A stretch of DNA of 64,000 bases from positions 434,001 to 498,000 of the forward strand of contig SMSO01000032.1 of assembly GCA_004764695.1 (NCBI GenBank), given 5' to 3'. Below are positions 48,940 through 61,663 of the stretch, in pieces. A model generated the notes under the pieces. It made no database searches. It was given only the letters and a program-made list of their open reading frames with translations, and was not told where the DNA came from. The translations under genes and the position numbers were made by a program. How positions within the stretch are numbered: the stretch's first letter is position 1; every line of letters starts with the position of its first letter. This DNA is from Schizochytrium sp. TIO01 (lineage: Eukaryota; Protista; Bigyra: Labyrinthulomycetes).

Positions 48940-50631
48940 TTAGATTCCAGTGTCTTCGGGAACAGCATCGCTAATTGCATGCAGGAGGCGTTCCACAGGT
49001 GCCTCAAATTTCTTGTCATCATCCAAAGGAGGAAAAGAAATAGCACGGTATGCTGCACCAACGAACTGACTAATGCGGCTGTAGTATGAAAAGCCTTGGT
49101 AGTCAGGCAGCTGCATTTGAATAAGGGTTGCACCAGGCTGACCAAAGGCAATGTAGGCTAGAGCAGAGTCATGCATACCAACAATGACTTGAGACCCGCG
49201 TGCTAAAGCGATGCGCTCCTGAATGCTAAGTCCCACAAATGGGTCAACACGGACATCTGCGCGTGAGCGAAGTGTATTCAACATTTCCTTGACTTCTTCC
49301 TCGTTCACAAGACTGACGTGGTCCGGCTTGTCAGGGTTTCGCAAGAAAACTAGAACCACCGGTTTGCTGCCAGGCTCTGGATTAGCCAGAGCTTCGCGCT
49401 GCTCGTCATCCTTGACCATAGCGCGCACAAAGGCGTTGGCAAAACTACGAACTTGCGGCACACGTTTGCAGTTCGCAAGTTCTTCAAAGTTCGTCACTGA
49501 CAACGCACTGCGTGCTCCAACCGGAACGAATATAGCTTTTCTAAAGCAAGTGGGTACCTTGTAGGACTTCAGGAAGCGGATATTGGAGCCAAACATGGTG
49601 CTCCATGCAGAATCCAGAGGTCCCTTAGGGTGGCCGTCCATGAAGACGAGATTTACATCCTCACCATCAGCAAGCTGTTGTTGAGCCTGGTAAGTGTTGT
49701 ACCAGTCTGTGATCGTGGAGTACACATCTGTGTGCTCATAGCGTGTAATAAAAAGGGTAGGCTTTTCAACCCAAACTTTACAGTGCGCAACGGCCTGGCC
49801 CTGGTCGCCGCTGAGCGCGCCAGTAATGGCCTTGAAGTGAGCTGCGAGGTACTCGGGGTTCCAAGGTTCTTTGGGGAGCTTGCATGCCTGCTTCCATGCT
49901 CCCTTTTTGTACACAGGGATTTCATCACCTTCAGGTCGTGGTTTAATGTTGGCAGGATTCTCATTTCCTGGTGCGACCTTGACAAGTTTTGGGTCGAGAA
50001 TGAGGTTGCTTGCCTCACACATGGTACCATGGCTAGTTGGGCTGTACCAGCAGTCCATACTGGCCTGCTCTCCGACGCAGATTTGCAAATTGTTTGTGTA
50101 GCCATTACCAAACATCCTGAGGCAGACCTCGTCGACGCCAAGTCTCTTGGGCTCCACCCAGAGGTCATTGCGTTTAGCCAATTCCAATTCTCGCATTTCA
50201 CGTTCATCGTCCTCCTCCTCCTCCTGAGCTTGGTCCAGAGACGCCTCCTGATCTTCAATCTTGACACTGGCACCGTCTTCAGTGTTTACATCGTCGACCT
50301 CTTGATCTAGCTTGTCTTCGACACTGTTTGTCTCAGATGCAAGGTTTGCATCCATTTCCACTCCATTCTCCCCACGAAGAAAGTTGTTCAACTGCTCCGC
50401 ACGGCCAGAGCTGTCTTCATTATTTCCAGCATTGCTCTTAAGTCCTGAGCTTTCAGTGTTATCCACGTCGACGACCTCAACGGAGGACTGTGAAGCGCTG
50501 TCGAGAGTGGTGTCACTTAGAGAATGCCGCACCCAGAGCAACAAGCCGACGAGGACCACAACGCCAATCTGAAGGCAGATCTTGCCCCACGGCCGCGAGG
50601 ACCGCTGTGCGACGCCGAAACGTGGCTGCAT
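48940..50631 (-). CDS. Glycosyltransferase family 61 (beta-1,2-xylosyltransferase/EOGT-like), type II membrane protein
   Basis: N-terminal TM and acidic stem, PTLFITRYEH, TDWYN, FMDGH, CFRKAIF, LVNEEEV, VIVGMH. First ATG at 50631. Confidence 0.85.
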   Translation of the reverse strand: MQPRFGVAQRSSRPWGKICLQIGVVVLVGLLLWVRHSLSDTTLDSASQSSVEVVDVDNTESSGLKSNAGNNEDSSGRAEQLNNFLRGENGVEMDANLASETNSVEDKLDQEVDDVNTEDGASVKIEDQEASLDQAQEEEEDDEREMRELELAKRNDLWVEPKRLGVDEVCLRMFGNGYTNNLQICVGEQASMDCWYSPTSHGTMCEASNLILDPKLVKVAPGNENPANIKPRPEGDEIPVYKKGAWKQACKLPKEPWNPEYLAAHFKAITGALSGDQGQAVAHCKVWVEKPTLFITRYEHTDVYSTITDWYNTYQAQQQLADGEDVNLVFMDGHPKGPLDSAWSTMFGSNIRFLKSYKVPTCFRKAIFVPVGARSALSVTNFEELANCKRVPQVRSFANAFVRAMVKDDEQREALANPEPGSKPVVLVFLRNPDKPDHVSLVNEEEVKEMLNTLRSRADVRVDPFVGLSIQERIALARGSQVIVGMHDSALAYIAFGQPGATLIQMQLPDYQGFSYYSRISQFVGAAYRAISFPPLDDDKKFEAPVERLLHAISDAVPEDTGI

Positions 50632-53625
50632 TGCAACCAACGACAGGCGTCAGGTGTTTATCGCGACCCCAGCACGCACAAGCGACCAGGTATAAGCAAA
50701 CCGCCTCCGGCGATAGCAAACTGTATCAAGAGATCTGCTTGATCTCATCCATTTTTCCACGTTACGAGGAACATGATGTGACATAAAAAGTACTTTGTCA
50801 CACTCTTAGTTCTCTTTACCTACTGGCAATTAATTTGAGCTTTAGACATAGACGAAACATTTGGGGCAGCTAACTTGAAGGAATTCAACATTGGGGTATC
50901 TGCATTCAAGGTATACAATGCACGGTTTTGATTAGCTGCTGAGAGGTTTCACTGATTTCCTTGAAATCCAGACTTGGAGTCTTTTAGTTGAGGACTTGTT
51001 ACAATTAATATATGCCTGTTATAGATGTATCATCATTCATATCTATGTACATTAAATACATGTTACTACTTTTATTTAAAAAAAAATTAAAAAAATATAA
51101 GTATATATGTAAGGTCTGAAGGAATTAGTAGAGTGGTCGAAGAATACAGCCAGGGCCAAAGCACGGCCTCAACATGGCGATGGTATGTAAATATGTATTT
51201 TTCGTAGCTCGTAAAAAACATCCATTTAAATGGAAGAAACAACATGATGCGCTTTTGTTGAGTGGTGTATCAAAAATTTACTACTGCAAAGAAACCCTCC
51301 ACGCGCATCATGTAATGGAGAGATTCAGGCCTTCACGTCTCCAATTCAATCGTGCCTACAGCAAGAAACTTACCAATATATTTATGTATTTTGCATTAGG
51401 TTACAGAGATAGGATTAAAAATAAAGGATTTCCAAAGAAACAACCTATTACCAATCCTTTGGGCTTTTCATCATGTGTGCCGATGCATTTTAGGGCTAAC
51501 CTCAAAATCTGATTCTTTTTATTTCTTGACATCTCAACTATATGTGACATTATCGCGCAGAGCAATGCAATGGGCTAAATCCATCGCTGCTTGTCTTATC
51601 TTCTCTGCTAGGGCGGGCGCTCCCCATTTGGCCAAATCACTGTTTTGTATATTGCATGATTCCAAATTTCAAGCACATGTTTTCAAAAGCAGCGATTCGA
51701 CCACGAGTCAGAGTCGAACATAGCTCAATATTAGAAATGAAATTAAGAAGATTGTTATCATTCTTCTTCTTCTTATTATTATTATTGTTAATACATTTTA
51801 TTATTTATTTCTCCTTTTAATTAAAAATTGAAAATCAGGGATGGATAAAAAAAAACCACGTACCACTATCAAGAATCAATCACCCAGATTTGCTCAAATC
51901 CCTTCGAGTGCTCTTAAAGTGAGCTGTCTGGATCCCGAGAACTACATTTGTTTAAGTTCGCGGCAAAGTTAGGGCATAAGCTGCTCTCGACCGTCCTTTC
52001 TTTACTGGTCGTGGAAAGGCGATACAATATTCTTCTTTTATTCATTCTCTAGAGTATCGCACTGATTTACTCTTATACTTGGCCCTACCTACATTGCTAG
52101 CGCATCCGTTTATCTTTTGTGTCTCCTGGGAATAGTTGGTCATGATTGATTGTGAATTTCCAGTGCATTGCTACGGTAACTTCGCAATCCAGCACCAAAG
52201 AATCGAAGAGCACCGCCAGCTTTGAGGGACTGCTTGGCTTCGTGTGTGACCCTGCGGGCTTGGGTTACCAGGGCTCTCGTTTGGTCATTTCGTGCGCCTT
52301 TCCATAAATTTAATTTATGCATTCACACATCACAATTGAAAAGTTCCCTTCCATACTTAGCGCTACTTTTCTATTAGCTAACAAATAGCACATTCAAGAA
52401 TGTTTCTCTAGTTCATACGAACTTTCTTGCCAATCTGGTTTCTCCAGTCTGCCACGAGGCACCTGGATTCCTACTAACTAACCCATTGGCGCTCTCTGTC
52501 TTCGCCTCTATTGCGTGGTCGTCGTCCTTTGCCGTATCGACATGCGTTTCTCATCGTCAATGGCTTTGGCGTTCAACGTCTCAGAGCACCTCCACATCAT
52601 AGTCGCAGGCTCTCTTTTTATTATACAACAATAAAAGCATTTCCACTTAAAGCCTTTCTCAATGAAAGAGAAGATCCGATGAGGATGATGACTGCCGCCT
52701 ATGCTTAATAACTATCTAAGTAGATGGATATACACTCACTCACTCACCCATATCTATCTACCTATCTATCGGTCCAACTATTTTGGAGCAGAAAGCAATG
52801 ATTGAGGAAGTCTAAACGAAAAATCGCATTCTTTCTGCAGTTCGTGGAGGATAATGGTGATGACGAAAGAAATTGAGGACGACACGTCATAACTTTTGTA
52901 GTGCATGTTTTAGGCTTTGTTTTTGTTCTTTGTCACCAGTAGGTAAGTAGTATGTAGATAGGCTCTTTAAGTTGAAAAGAAACGATACTGTCGCGGTAGG
53001 TACTCTTAGTGCCCTGCTACTGAATTAATTAAAGCATCATGTAGTCAGGAAGGTACCCGTCTACCCGTCATTCACATCGGCCTCATAGAGATCGTTTGCG
53101 CTTGGAGGCAGGAAAAGGCAACAGAGGCAGGAGATAAGATAAGTCAGAGTTTTGGTGGCTTCGAAAAGCTCTGCGATCATGGACGGCGACCTCGACTTGA
53201 CCAAATTTAGCCTTGATTTCCATGTCCTCTTCTTGTCCTTCTTTTACTTCGCGCTTTCTTTTTGTGAGCAAGTACGACAAATAAATGGCACAACTAAATG
53301 TGAACTGAGAAGGTCGTGGCCACGGAGAAGACGAGACAAATGGACTAAATCAGATCAGATCAGATCGGCTTGCGAATTCGCCCTCGAATAGAATTCGACT
53401 GCAGTGGCCTGCAATTTCGAAGAACCTTTCTGGTAGGCTGACACTTGAACAAAATATAGTTGCTTCACATTGATTTAGTTGCAATTCTTTTATTGTGTTG
53501 TGTTGTTTTGCATTGAAGTCTTAGATTGTATTCGTGGAGTGCGTTCTCAGTAATTTCGCAAAGTGCACTAAATTTGATGTATGTGCATTCCTCGCATGGC
53601 ACCAATGACAATCATGAGTGAGCAC

Positions 53626-53928
53626 GAGAATGAGAATGAGAATGAGAATGAGAATGAGAATGAGAATGAGAATGAGAATGAGAATGAGAATGAGAATGAG
53701 AATGAGAATGAGAATGAGAATGAGAATGAGAATGAGAATGAGAATGAGAATGAGAATGAGAATGAGAATGAGAATGAGAATGAGAATGAGAATGAGAATG
53801 AGAATGAGAATGAGAATGAGAATGAGAATGAGAATGAGAATGAGAATGAGAATGAGAATGAGAATGAGAATGAGAATGAGAATGAGAATGAGAATGAGAA
53901 TGAGAATGAGAATGAGAGTGAGAATGAG
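53626..53928. repeat. (GAGAAT)n hexanucleotide array, 48 perfect units + 1 variant (GAGAGT) + 1
   Basis: Counted directly from the sequence. Confidence 0.97.
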
Positions 53929-54044
53929 GCGGATATTCGGATGGATACTTTACCAGTTGCATAACACCAATAGCCAGCCCAGCACATCCCTTCCTACGGC
54001 CTTGGTAGAAGGTGCTACGTACGTACCTACCTACTATATAAGAA

Positions 54045-54203
54045 AAAGAAGAAGAAGAAGAAGAAAAAGAAGAAAAGAAGAAGAAGAAGAAAGAATTCTG
54101 AAAAAAGTAATGTAAAGTAAAAGTAAAGTAAAATAAAGTAAAATGTGTTGGCAAGTAGGGTACTAGGTAGGGTGCTAGGTAGGCACTAGGTAGGGCACTA
54201 GAT
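54045..54203. repeat. Cluster of short repeats: (GAA)n, (AAAGT)n and TAGGTAGGG(C/T)AC-like ~12-mers
   Basis: Visible in the sequence; boundaries approximate. Confidence 0.75.
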
Positions 54204-54847
54204 AGCAGATGAAATGAAAAGTTTAGTTAGTTAGTGTTATTGATAATACACCAGATCAAGTGAGTCATCGCTCGCAGTGGCAGTTCGCGAGGAGGGTCCG
54301 CTGGTCCTTCGGCGGGCGGCGGTGCGCTCGCGAGCGGAAGGCGAGTGCTCGCGTGCACACCGCTTCTTTTCAGATTTGTAACGGCGCACTTACAGCGTCA
54401 GTCCTCAGCTGCGGTTGCTGCGAAGCAGTACCGGGAGGCAGGCTAATCCGCTAAATTCATTGAGCCCCTCGCCAGCGTCAGCAGCTATCTTGCCGGGCTG
54501 ATCCTCCTGTCGCCTGCGACACCTTTCAATACCAACGAACCATTATACCTTGCGGCGTCCTATCTTATCGTAGTTACTTATCTGTGGTCGGGCTGCCGGG
54601 GTTTCTTTTGCAGACCTTCGTTGCTTCACTAGATCGCGTCTCTTCGAATCAATCGTATTGGATCGCGTTTGGGTAATTGATTGTTCTCGTTGCCAAAGTC
54701 AACCTCAAATTATTCTTCACAGCAGCTGCTTGAAAGGAAGTAGAAATCAATCATTATAGCGTCAGATTTGGACAAGACGCTAGGATAACCTTTTCTCCGT
54801 TTGTGGCTAGAAAAGCTTGTATTCAAAGAACTCAAGGAGACTCCAAA

Positions 54848-57800
54848 ATGCAGCATCCGGAGGTTCCAGTGCTGTGTGGCGAATACCAGGGCGTCATCGC
54901 TAAGCTACGTCAGGAAGGCTATGCGTTAAACCGTGTAGACGAGGGCCCATCAACGGCTGGAGGTGTATCTGGCGCCAACTCAAATCTTCGGTCTCGGAAT
55001 TTGTTTTGCTTGCGGGAGCCTGGGCTCTTTTTGGATATTTTCAAGATTATGACACTCAAAGAGCTTCGGAAGGAGGTATCAGTGCTCACTGCCACTGCAT
55101 GTAACGTACGCGAGAAACTGAGGATGTATGCATCTATGGCTCGGGATGAAGATGCTTTGGATCCTTCAGAAATTCTCAGGCCGCTGTTAGAATGCATCCG
55201 TAGCCCGAGCACATCTGCATCGGTTACAAGCGAGGCCCTTGCATCCGTACATAGGCTTGTGGTCACTCTAAAACTCTTCAAAGAACCCTCGGAACGTGTA
55301 GTTCGAGCTTTACATCATGTTGTCGAGGCTACCGTAGAGTGCGTATTCAGGCAGACTGAAAGCGGTGATGACGAGATTGCTGTCATGTGGGCACTGGAGC
55401 TCCTTGAGGCATGCTTGGCTTGCCCCGCCGCCGCAAGCTTGACACAACGTGAGTTAGAATCTGTCTATGTGACTGTCTTCAAGAACAGCGTGCTCTCCAC
55501 CAACGCAGACATGTTACGGCGTCTCGCCTCTCGAAAACTGTCTTCAATGATCAGTTCTCTCTTTGGTTCCTTATATGGCGCTGTTCCCGATACTGGATCC
55601 TCGCACAAAGACCGCGATGAGAAATTAGCAAAGCGACTCTTTGCATTCCTTTGTAGACGCCTCGATCCTCATGGTCCAGGCTGGCACGAGCCAGAACTAC
55701 GCCAGACTTCTTTGGACCTCGTGCTGTCTGCAATCGTTTCCACGATCGACTCCAATTCCGGTGAGGTGCTCGTTGACCAGCACCCTGGAATTCACGCCCT
55801 CATCTGCGATGAACTCTTCTGTGCGCTTCTCCAGACGTGTCAAATGGCCTGTAGACCGCTTTCTGCAGCAATGTCAGATCGTGATGCTCAAGACCTCGTC
55901 CCTGTACTGCCAGCATCTTCGGCAACGTCGCTGGCCGGCAAGTCTGCCGCATCGTCGATATCGGATGACTCAGATTCAGATGGCTCAGATTCCGAAGAGA
56001 ATGAAGACGAGATAAGCGACCATGATGAAGAACATGATAATGACAATGAAAGTGCAAACAACGCTGATTCCCGTCGTAAGTCAGTGGCCAAGTCTTCTTC
56101 TAAATCAGAAAAGGCCCCAGCAACAAACTCAACGCAATCCAGAGATAACCAAAACTTGAAGCCTTCATTGTCTTCATTGTCATCTTCGTCGCGAAAGGCA
56201 AGTGCACGAGCAGACTCGCCATTTGCACGGATTCCTTCAACATTTCGAGAATTAGAGGCGCAGTACAATGCAGAAGCATTTGAGCTGCTGAGCCCTAGTG
56301 TTTCTGGAGCCGGTGCTCCGCGGGTGCCGCTCGGACTCCTGTCGCGAGCACTACGACTCGTGCATATCCTCGTATCGCATTCGAACACGCGGAGGCACCT
56401 TCGCGTGCAGATGGAGGTGTTCTGTGGAAGTGTGTTTCTCCGTGCTCTAGAGGCCAAGCCGAAGACTACCGACAATGAGGCTCGGCGCTTGGTGCTGGAG
56501 ACACTGACGGATCTCTTTGCGGACCAGACAATTGCGGTGGATATTTTCTGCAATTTTGATTGTGACCTGAACTCAAGCAATGTCCTCGAGCACCTCTTCG
56601 TGTTTCTCTCTAATCACAGCTTCCCTAAACAGCTCCGAAAACTCGCACTCGATCCTCTACAACTTATGTCTCTGCGTTGTATTCATCTTGGTGTGAAGTC
56701 CATCGCAGCCAGGTCTGGAGAGGCCGTGCTCGACCCTGCTAAGCTCCACCTTGAGAAGATGTATGATCCCAAGGCATTGATTGAGGCTAAGCGCTCTAAG
56801 CGCAGGCTACACAAGTGTGTGCTGGCATTCAACCGGAAACCAAAAACTGGTGTAGCAGCTCTTGTTGATGCAGGTTTTGTCAGCGACCCTCCGACGTCTG
56901 CAGAGCTCGCAGACTTTCTGAGAAACACCCAGGGACTCGACAAATCTATGATCGGCGAATTCATTGGTGACTATCACGAGAAGAATGTTGAGGTCTTGCA
57001 TGAGTTCGTAAAGACTTTTGAAATGGATGGTATGTCGCTTTTATCTGCTTTACGCATGTTCCTTGAGAGTTTCAGGCTCCCTGGTGAGGCACAGGTGATT
57101 GACCGTATTTTGCAGTCATTTGCGGAAAGAGCTCACGCAGAATGCGGTGACGCTCGAAACTTCCCGACCGTAGACTGCTGTTACCTTTTGTGTTTTTCGA
57201 TCATTTTACTCAACACCGATCTGCACAACCCGAACATTCGGCCGGAAAAGAAGATGAGCTTTGACGCGTTTACTCTGAGCAATCGCAACTACGGTGAGAG
57301 TGTGTCCAAGGGCCAGGACATGCCATTGTCGCTGCTGCGAAGCATCTACGATGAAATTCGCGCTCGCGAAATCAACACCATGACTGATGGGAGCTCCCTG
57401 ACAGCCGAGGTGACCTCAGACCGTTGGGCTGATCTGATGACACGTCGCAAAGCGTCTATGAAGCTTGTGACAAGTGGTTGTGTGAGCAACAGTGCGTCTC
57501 TGGCATCATTGTGCCGCCTTTATGACGAGCAGATGTTTGCGTTTATCCACAAACCGGCATTTGCTGCATTAAGTGTCGTTTACCATGCAGGAGATCCCGT
57601 CCGACAGCCACGTGCAGTGGAACTTGCGCTGGAGGGTATCATTAACTGCGCTGAGGTCGCAGCACGATTTGGTATGGTGCGGGTACTTGATCGCGTAGTC
57701 GTTGACATCTGCAAGTTTACAACCTTGCTACTTTATGCACAAGCCTCAAACTCTCGTACCGGGCCGAGCCGCTGCAGGCCATAAGATTGGTCGTACAGGA

Positions 57801-60237
57801 TCTGTCAAGAAGGTTCTACCAACCATAGACAGTGTTGAGACTGATCTTGAGGACGATGATGATGATGCCAGCGCCGAAACCCAGTCTCGATCACAAGAAG
57901 GTCAAACGGAGGGCGTCCAAGAGGACGTGATCGAGGAAGATGATGCCGCAGCGGATTCAGATGAGGACTCGCAGGAGGTCGCAGCCACACGTGCCAGAAA
58001 TGCTGCTCGGGATGTGTTGGGTTCTCCGAACAGCATCGCTGGCGCCATGAGGGCATTGGAACGTAGCAGCAAAGCACAGACGGCGACCAGCTCCGTCTTG
58101 AAGATCGTGCTCCAGCACGCTGACAGAATCAGGCTTGCATGGCCGTACATTGTGTACTGCTTAATGCGTCTTTTCGACCTTGAGCTCTTGCCGGCAGATC
58201 TTCTACAAGAGTCTTCTGATCCTTTGCTTGAGGGCAACCTTCGAGCCAAGTACCATCGCATTAGTGCATCCGGATGGCTCCGGAATGCGGAGTCTAAAGC
58301 TGCAACGGCTCGTGCTGCGCTGGAGAGATCCAAGGGATGGGTAAGCTGGTTTAATGGCGAGTCGCGCGCCGATGCGGAGGCGAACCTCCATTCTCGCGAA
58401 GAGGAGCTGTACACAGTGAAACGCGCAGTTTCGTTTGCGTCACAGAGCTTGTCGCGGTCAAGTCACGCCGACAAGTTGCTGGTGCATCAAACTGAGCCTA
58501 AGTCCCCCGCCGTGTCATCATCATCGTCGCCAACTTCGCAACAGCAGCAGCAACAAGCTGTGACAAGTCAGACTCATGGCAGCGGGGACAGATACTACAG
58601 AGTCTGCCCAAGCTCGTCAGTCGCGTGTACGTATTGAGACCACCAAACTTGGTGGGCTTGTGTCGAGGTCGAAAGAACTCCCGGATCTCACTCTAGTAGC
58701 TTTTGTGCGCGGAATCATCGTGGCCTGCGGAGGCTCAGAAACACACTTGTTACCTGAGGATGACCTATTGGTAGACTCACCTGTAAACTTCGCCGATGAG
58801 GACGAGGTTTCGGACTTGCGCGGTGATATTCGTGTGGACATGCTTGCGCCGCCTTCACGTGCTTCGCGGTTGTTTAGTTTGCATCTCCTTATGGAGGTAG
58901 CTGTTGCGAATGAGAACCGACTACAGCTGATTTGGCCTATGGTTCGAATGCACTTGATTAAGACGCTTAGATCTGCAGACCATGCTTCATGCCACACCGA
59001 AAAGGCGTCGATTGCTCTGTTGCGATTGTCAGTGCGTCGTATATGGCACGGCGGTGATGACGTGAGTGGCGCCCTGAGGTTTTTATTGCGTTTGCCTAGT
59101 GCGGTGGCACCGGACTTTCCTATTGTGGTGTGTGACACACTCGTTCGCGCATTCGATAAGCCACCTGCAGATAAGCCAATTTGGAATGATGCCATTTCTC
59201 GCACGCTAATTTTAATTAGCCAAACGGAAGATTTCCGAGCTTGCTTGCGCGGTCTGCAAATCTTGAATAAGATTTCGACACACGCACGACTCGTGGAGGT
59301 AAACATGCAAGATCTTTTGAATGTACACCGCTCATTTGTCGGCCGAAGTTTGGCACATAAGCGCTGGGTTGTCGTTAATGGGCAGGGCGGAAGCCAAGCT
59401 GGTGTCAGCTCAAGTGAGGCAGCTTCTGGCGCTGTATCACCCGATGGAAATGCCAGTCACAAGGAAGAAATGGACAGCACAGAACTTTTGACTGACTTGC
59501 TGAATTTGCTGTTTATTCTGCACTCCCGACTGTTGGAGTCGATGAAACATGATGCTAAGTGGTTCACAAGCGAGCAAGCAATTTTGGAGAGTTTCCATGC
59601 TCTCATGGAAACTGCAGAGCTTCCTGACACGTCTTCTCAGGTGTCGAAGCATGCGTTTGAATTGTTGCGGAACTCTGTCAATGAGCTTATCGAGGGGCAG
59701 TGCCTGAATGCAGATCAGTGGGTCACTTTATACACCAAGGCAATGAGCACCAAATCATGTGGGAAGGATACCGCTCCACTTTTGATTAGCCTTCAATTGG
59801 ATGTTCTACATCGAATGGAGCGCGTCATGCAAAACCTTTCTTCGGCCGAGTTCGAGGAACTTTGTATTCGTATTGCAACTGATGTAATGGCGTGTGGCCT
59901 TCCGAAGCAACAGGAACAGTTAGTTTCAATCCTCGAACGCTGGCCTGGCAAGTTAAAAGTAGTTCGCGAAAGCGTTGCCCTTCCTCTAATGCAACACGAA
60001 GAGCCGCCTGCGCCTGTGCCTGTGCCTGCGCCTGCGCCTGTGTCTGCACAAACTCAGGCCTCAGCATCTAATTCAGTGCCTACACCTGCATCAGAAGCGT
60101 CAGAGCATGGGGCAGTTGAATCTTCAAACGAACCAGAAAGTGCGGTGGATTCTGCTCAGGTTGATGAACCCGATCTTGATGGAAATAACAATCAAATTGG
60201 TTCACCAGAAGCTAAGGGTGTAGAGTCGGCTAGTTGA
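54848..60237 (+). CDS. GBF1: Large Sec7-domain ARF-GEF (GBF1/GNOM class). One gene split into three ORFs by two +1 frame breaks (~57731-57781 and ~58564-58635)
   Basis: DCB (LRPLLECIRSPSTSASVT), HUS (NFDCD), Sec7 (FNRKPKTG, FRLPGEAQVIDR, ILLNTDLHN) and HDS (CKFTTLL, RIRLAWPYIVYCL, NENRLQLIWPMV) motifs are spread in order over ORFs 54803..57784, 57702..58637 and 58576..60237. Confidence 0.88.
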
Positions 60238-60919
60238 ATAAAACATGAACGACAGTTTTTTAGAAAAAGTTGATATAAAAAGTTGTTTCCCTTTTATCGT
60301 TTTGGACTACTTCAATGGTACTTGCATCTGAGAAACTTGTTCTCTGCTCTCTTGAGGAGGTTTTTGTTTTTGAATTGGAAACAATACAAAAGATCGAGGT
60401 GCGTCGTACCTTTCTCGGAGAGATAAATATCGTTGGGTAATGGATAGATTCTTTATCCTTGTTCTGCATTTTGTTATGAAATGTGTTGCGAAGCCTCCGT
60501 AATATATATTTCTTACATCCATGTAGTTAAATTTTAAATTTTACTTGCGTCATAGAGACTAACACGATAGGTGTACGTACTCGATCCTATATATATGCGC
60601 TTGTGTGCCAAACAATTGAGATTTCGAAAAAAAAACAAAAAAAGCAAAAAAAAAAACATCATCTGATCATACAGAGGATTAGAGATAACAAAAACGATGT
60701 CCGTGGTTCGTCTCAATTGCATCACGTGATGGAACAAAAGAGAATCAAAGCCACAGGATAGATTTCTATCCAAATTGCATACGCGACGAGCGAGAGTGGG
60801 TTATAGTTCACGATTAAGCCAGAGCCTCTCAACGCCCTCTGACCTTGGTCTTGACTCTTAGTAAAGACACGAAGCTCCACTCTAGCAGCTCGTCTATATC
60901 AGCAATGCTTGGTATTGAG

Positions 60920-61663
60920 TTAGTTCGCGTTTGTAAGCAATGAGTTGTTTGCAAGCTCCACGGCCATCGTGGTAACCTCACCATGTCCCGGAAGGATGGT
61001 AGTTTCGGGATCGACCTCATCAACGAGCATCTTGAGGGTGGCCCTCATGTCCTCTGGCGAACTGTACGGCAGGTCAGTGCGTCCAATTGCGTTCCTAAAT
61101 ACGACATCACCCCCAATCATAAGCTTGAGCTCGCGTTCGTAAAAGCATACGTGTCCAGGTGCATGGCCCGGAGTATGCAGGATTTCGAAATTAAGAGTTC
61201 CCACGGAAATGGTTTTGAGGCCCTTGAGGTCCAGGAGGGATGCCTCGTCGGGGAGCTTCTTAGGAAGCGGGAATCCAATGTCGTCGCAACTTTCTTCAGC
61301 CTCACGATAGTTTACAAGATCATCCGAGTGAAGGTGGATTGTGGCTTCGGGAAAAACCTCCTCCAGGAGACCCAAGCCAGCGACGTGGTCTGGATGAGCG
61401 TGGGTCTGCAATACCTTGGACACGCGGAAGTTTTGAGCCTCAGCCCAACGCTCGAAGGTCTTCCACTCTTCGAGAGAAGGAGCTCCGCCGTCGAAAACAG
61501 CAGCCTCGCCGGAGGTTTTACAAGCCACAATCCACTGGTTCATCATCCAAGGTGTCACAGGCGCACCAGAGATGGAGACGCGCTCCATGAGCGTGCGGGC
61601 GGTCTGCGAAAGAGACCGGCACCCACGTGGAGCGCGGAAAGCGGCGGTAGCGGCAGAGAGCAT
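60920..61663 (-). CDS. Metallo-beta-lactamase-fold hydrolase (glyoxalase II/YcbL-like) with mitochondrial-type presequence
   Basis: THAHPDH, HTPGHAPGH, GGDVVF, IGRTDLP, PGHG. N-terminus MLSAATAAFRAPRGCRSLS. Confidence 0.9.
   Translation of the reverse strand: MLSAATAAFRAPRGCRSLSQTARTLMERVSISGAPVTPWMMNQWIVACKTSGEAAVFDGGAPSLEEWKTFERWAEAQNFRVSKVLQTHAHPDHVAGLGLLEEVFPEATIHLHSDDLVNYREAEESCDDIGFPLPKKLPDEASLLDLKGLKTISVGTLNFEILHTPGHAPGHVCFYERELKLMIGGDVVFRNAIGRTDLPYSSPEDMRATLKMLVDEVDPETTILPGHGEVTTMAVELANNSLLTNAN

Noticed and set aside
53568-54154. Track ORFs of poly-FS, poly-HS and poly-MR
   Set aside because: By-products of a stop-free hexamer repeat; not called as genes.
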